Shown here: in pieces, positions 63,002 through 64,000 of the stretch
How the letters are laid out: every line of letters starts with the position of its first letter
Numbering within the stretch: the first letter of the stretch is position 1
Origin: Clostridia bacterium
GTDB lineage: Bacteria; Bacillota; Clostridia; Oscillospirales; CAG-272
DNA: 64,000 bases
Reading direction: 5' to 3'
NCBI GenBank assembly: GCA_017447775.1
Contig: JAFSMU010000010.1
Coordinates: 12,008-76,007, forward strand
The notes under the pieces: model-generated
Seen by the model: the letters and a program-made list of their open reading frames with translations, nothing else
The model's database searches: none
Told to the model about the DNA's origin: nothing
Program-made: the position numbers and the translations under genes

Positions 63002-64000
63002 ATGGACAACGAAAGAAATGACGCGCCGCAGGAGATCGAGTATAATCCGATGCCTCCGGTAAAGAAAAGTAAAAAACCGCTTGCCGTTCCGGCATGGGCA
63101 ACCATCATTTGCGTTCTTATCGCCGTTGTTGTAACTTTTTTGACAACGTTCTGCCTGCTTAACGACAGATATGAAACGGATCTTAAAAAATTCAAATCTC
63201 AAAGAAGCAGCGTAAATTCCGCCCTCGGGTCTCTTTACAGCAATATCGACGAAATATCGAATCTGATCGAAAAGCATTATATTTACGACGTCAACTATAA
63301 AGAAATGACAGAAGATATGCTTCTCGATTTTATGCTGAATACGGGCGACAGATACGGCTATTATCACACCAAAGAAGAGTGGGAAGAAGAGGAAAATACA
63401 TCCGAGGGCAACTCGGTTGGCATCGGGATACGCATCGTTCCGGTATATACTGATGAAAGCCGCCTGAAAATAAACGGACTTATGATCGTTCACGTGATGG
63501 CTAACACTCCCGCAAGCGAGGCGGGATTTGAAGACGGCGACTTTATCGTTGAGATAGACGGGAAGTCACTTAACGGATTAACGTACAGCGACGCATTGAG
63601 CCTTTCTCTCGGCGAAGCGGGAACAAAGCTTGAAGCCAAAGTTGAGCGCAACGGATCGCTTGTTTCGATATCCGCAATAAGAGGCAATTACGAAACGGAA
63701 ACCGTAACGTCGAAAATCATCGATGGGAACGTCGGCTACGTTAAGATAACCGAGTTTTACACGATAACAGTCGATCAGTTCAAAAAAGCAGTCGACAAAC
63801 TTATCGAGGACGGCTGCACATCAATCGTTTTTGACGTTCGTGACAACCCCGGCGGTGAGCTGAGCGCGATCACGAAAATACTTGACTATATTCTCCCCGA
63901 GGGCCCCATTGTCCACATAGAAGAGAAAAACGGCGCCAAAATAACGTATAAATCGGGAAAAGAATGTATTTCGGACGTTAAAATGGCAGTGCTTACAAAC
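63002..64000 (+). CDS. S41-family C-terminal processing peptidase (5-prime part; runs off the window)
   Basis: Not in the track because it is open at the window end. RBS aaggaga is followed by ATG 63002. It has an N-terminal TM anchor, a PDZ segment (GLMIVHVMANTPASEAGFEDGDFIVEIDG) and the S41 motif DVRDNPGG. Confidence 0.85.
   Translation, partial: MDNERNDAPQEIEYNPMPPVKKSKKPLAVPAWATIICVLIAVVVTFLTTFCLLNDRYETDLKKFKSQRSSVNSALGSLYSNIDEISNLIEKHYIYDVNYKEMTEDMLLDFMLNTGDRYGYYHTKEEWEEEENTSEGNSVGIGIRIVPVYTDESRLKINGLMIVHVMANTPASEAGFEDGDFIVEIDGKSLNGLTYSDALSLSLGEAGTKLEAKVERNGSLVSISAIRGNYETETVTSKIIDGNVGYVKITEFYTITVDQFKKAVDKLIEDGCTSIVFDVRDNPGGELSAITKILDYILPEGPIVHIEEKNGAKITYKSGKECISDVKMAVLTN

Noticed and set aside
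1-64000. Scanned for integrases, transposases, phage genes, toxin-antitoxin pairs, restriction-modification or other defence modules, and rRNA genes.
   Set aside because: No ORF in the six-frame track shows recognisable motifs of these families. The only accessory-looking block is the microcompartment locus, and it has no flanking recombinase or direct repeats that I could see.

Overview
Chromosomal window from a Clostridia-type Firmicute, judged from gene order, a CIRCE/HrcA heat-shock operon, an ECF-type ThiT, a spoVM-like micro-ORF and an intermediate GC content by eye. Positions 1-11.5 kb hold the distal spc/alpha ribosomal cluster (secY-adk-map-KOW-infA-rpmJ-rpsM-rpsK-rpsD-rpoA-rplQ) and rimP-nusA-ylxR-L7Ae-infB. 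Positions 11.5-17.2 kb hold a GH42-like hydrolase abutting infB, a Na/Pi-PhoU transporter, a beta-helix protein and a membrane XRE regulator. Positions 17.5-31.9 kb are the main accessory feature: an 18-gene, single-strand bacterial microcompartment (BMC) locus. It is built around a glycyl radical enzyme (GRE) and its activase. It also encodes a class II sugar-phosphate aldolase, a Zn-type alcohol dehydrogenase, a GlcG/DUF336 protein and an EutP/PduV GTPase. There are seven shell genes: PduU-type, four BMC-H, BMC-P and a PduT-type BMC-T. A PduS/RnfC-like flavo-FeS protein, a DeoR regulator, an acetate/propionate kinase, PduP and PduL complete the locus. This best fits the B12-independent, aldolase-containing GRM class for fucose/rhamnose to 1,2-propanediol to propionate/propanol. 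That class is already described, so I do not claim a new system. The details worth testing are the targeting peptides, atypical shell pores, a minimal activase and a Zn-ADH. Positions 32-64 kb are mostly housekeeping: FkbM methyltransferase, DivIVA, an orphan fumarase beta subunit, mscL, tRNA-Ser, a GGDEF protein, tRNA-Thr and smpB. They are followed by a MATE pump, ilvA-ridA, GH38 mannosidase, an aminotransferase, an esterase, and xpt plus a BMP-family nucleoside ABC transporter. The window ends with a TPP-riboswitch-thiT-thiN unit, hrcA-grpE-dnaK-dnaJ-prmA-rsmE, a PucR regulator and a partial S41 protease. No mobile elements, CRISPR arrays or recognisable defence genes were seen. All calls come from reading the sequence and ORF translations only; no searches were run.
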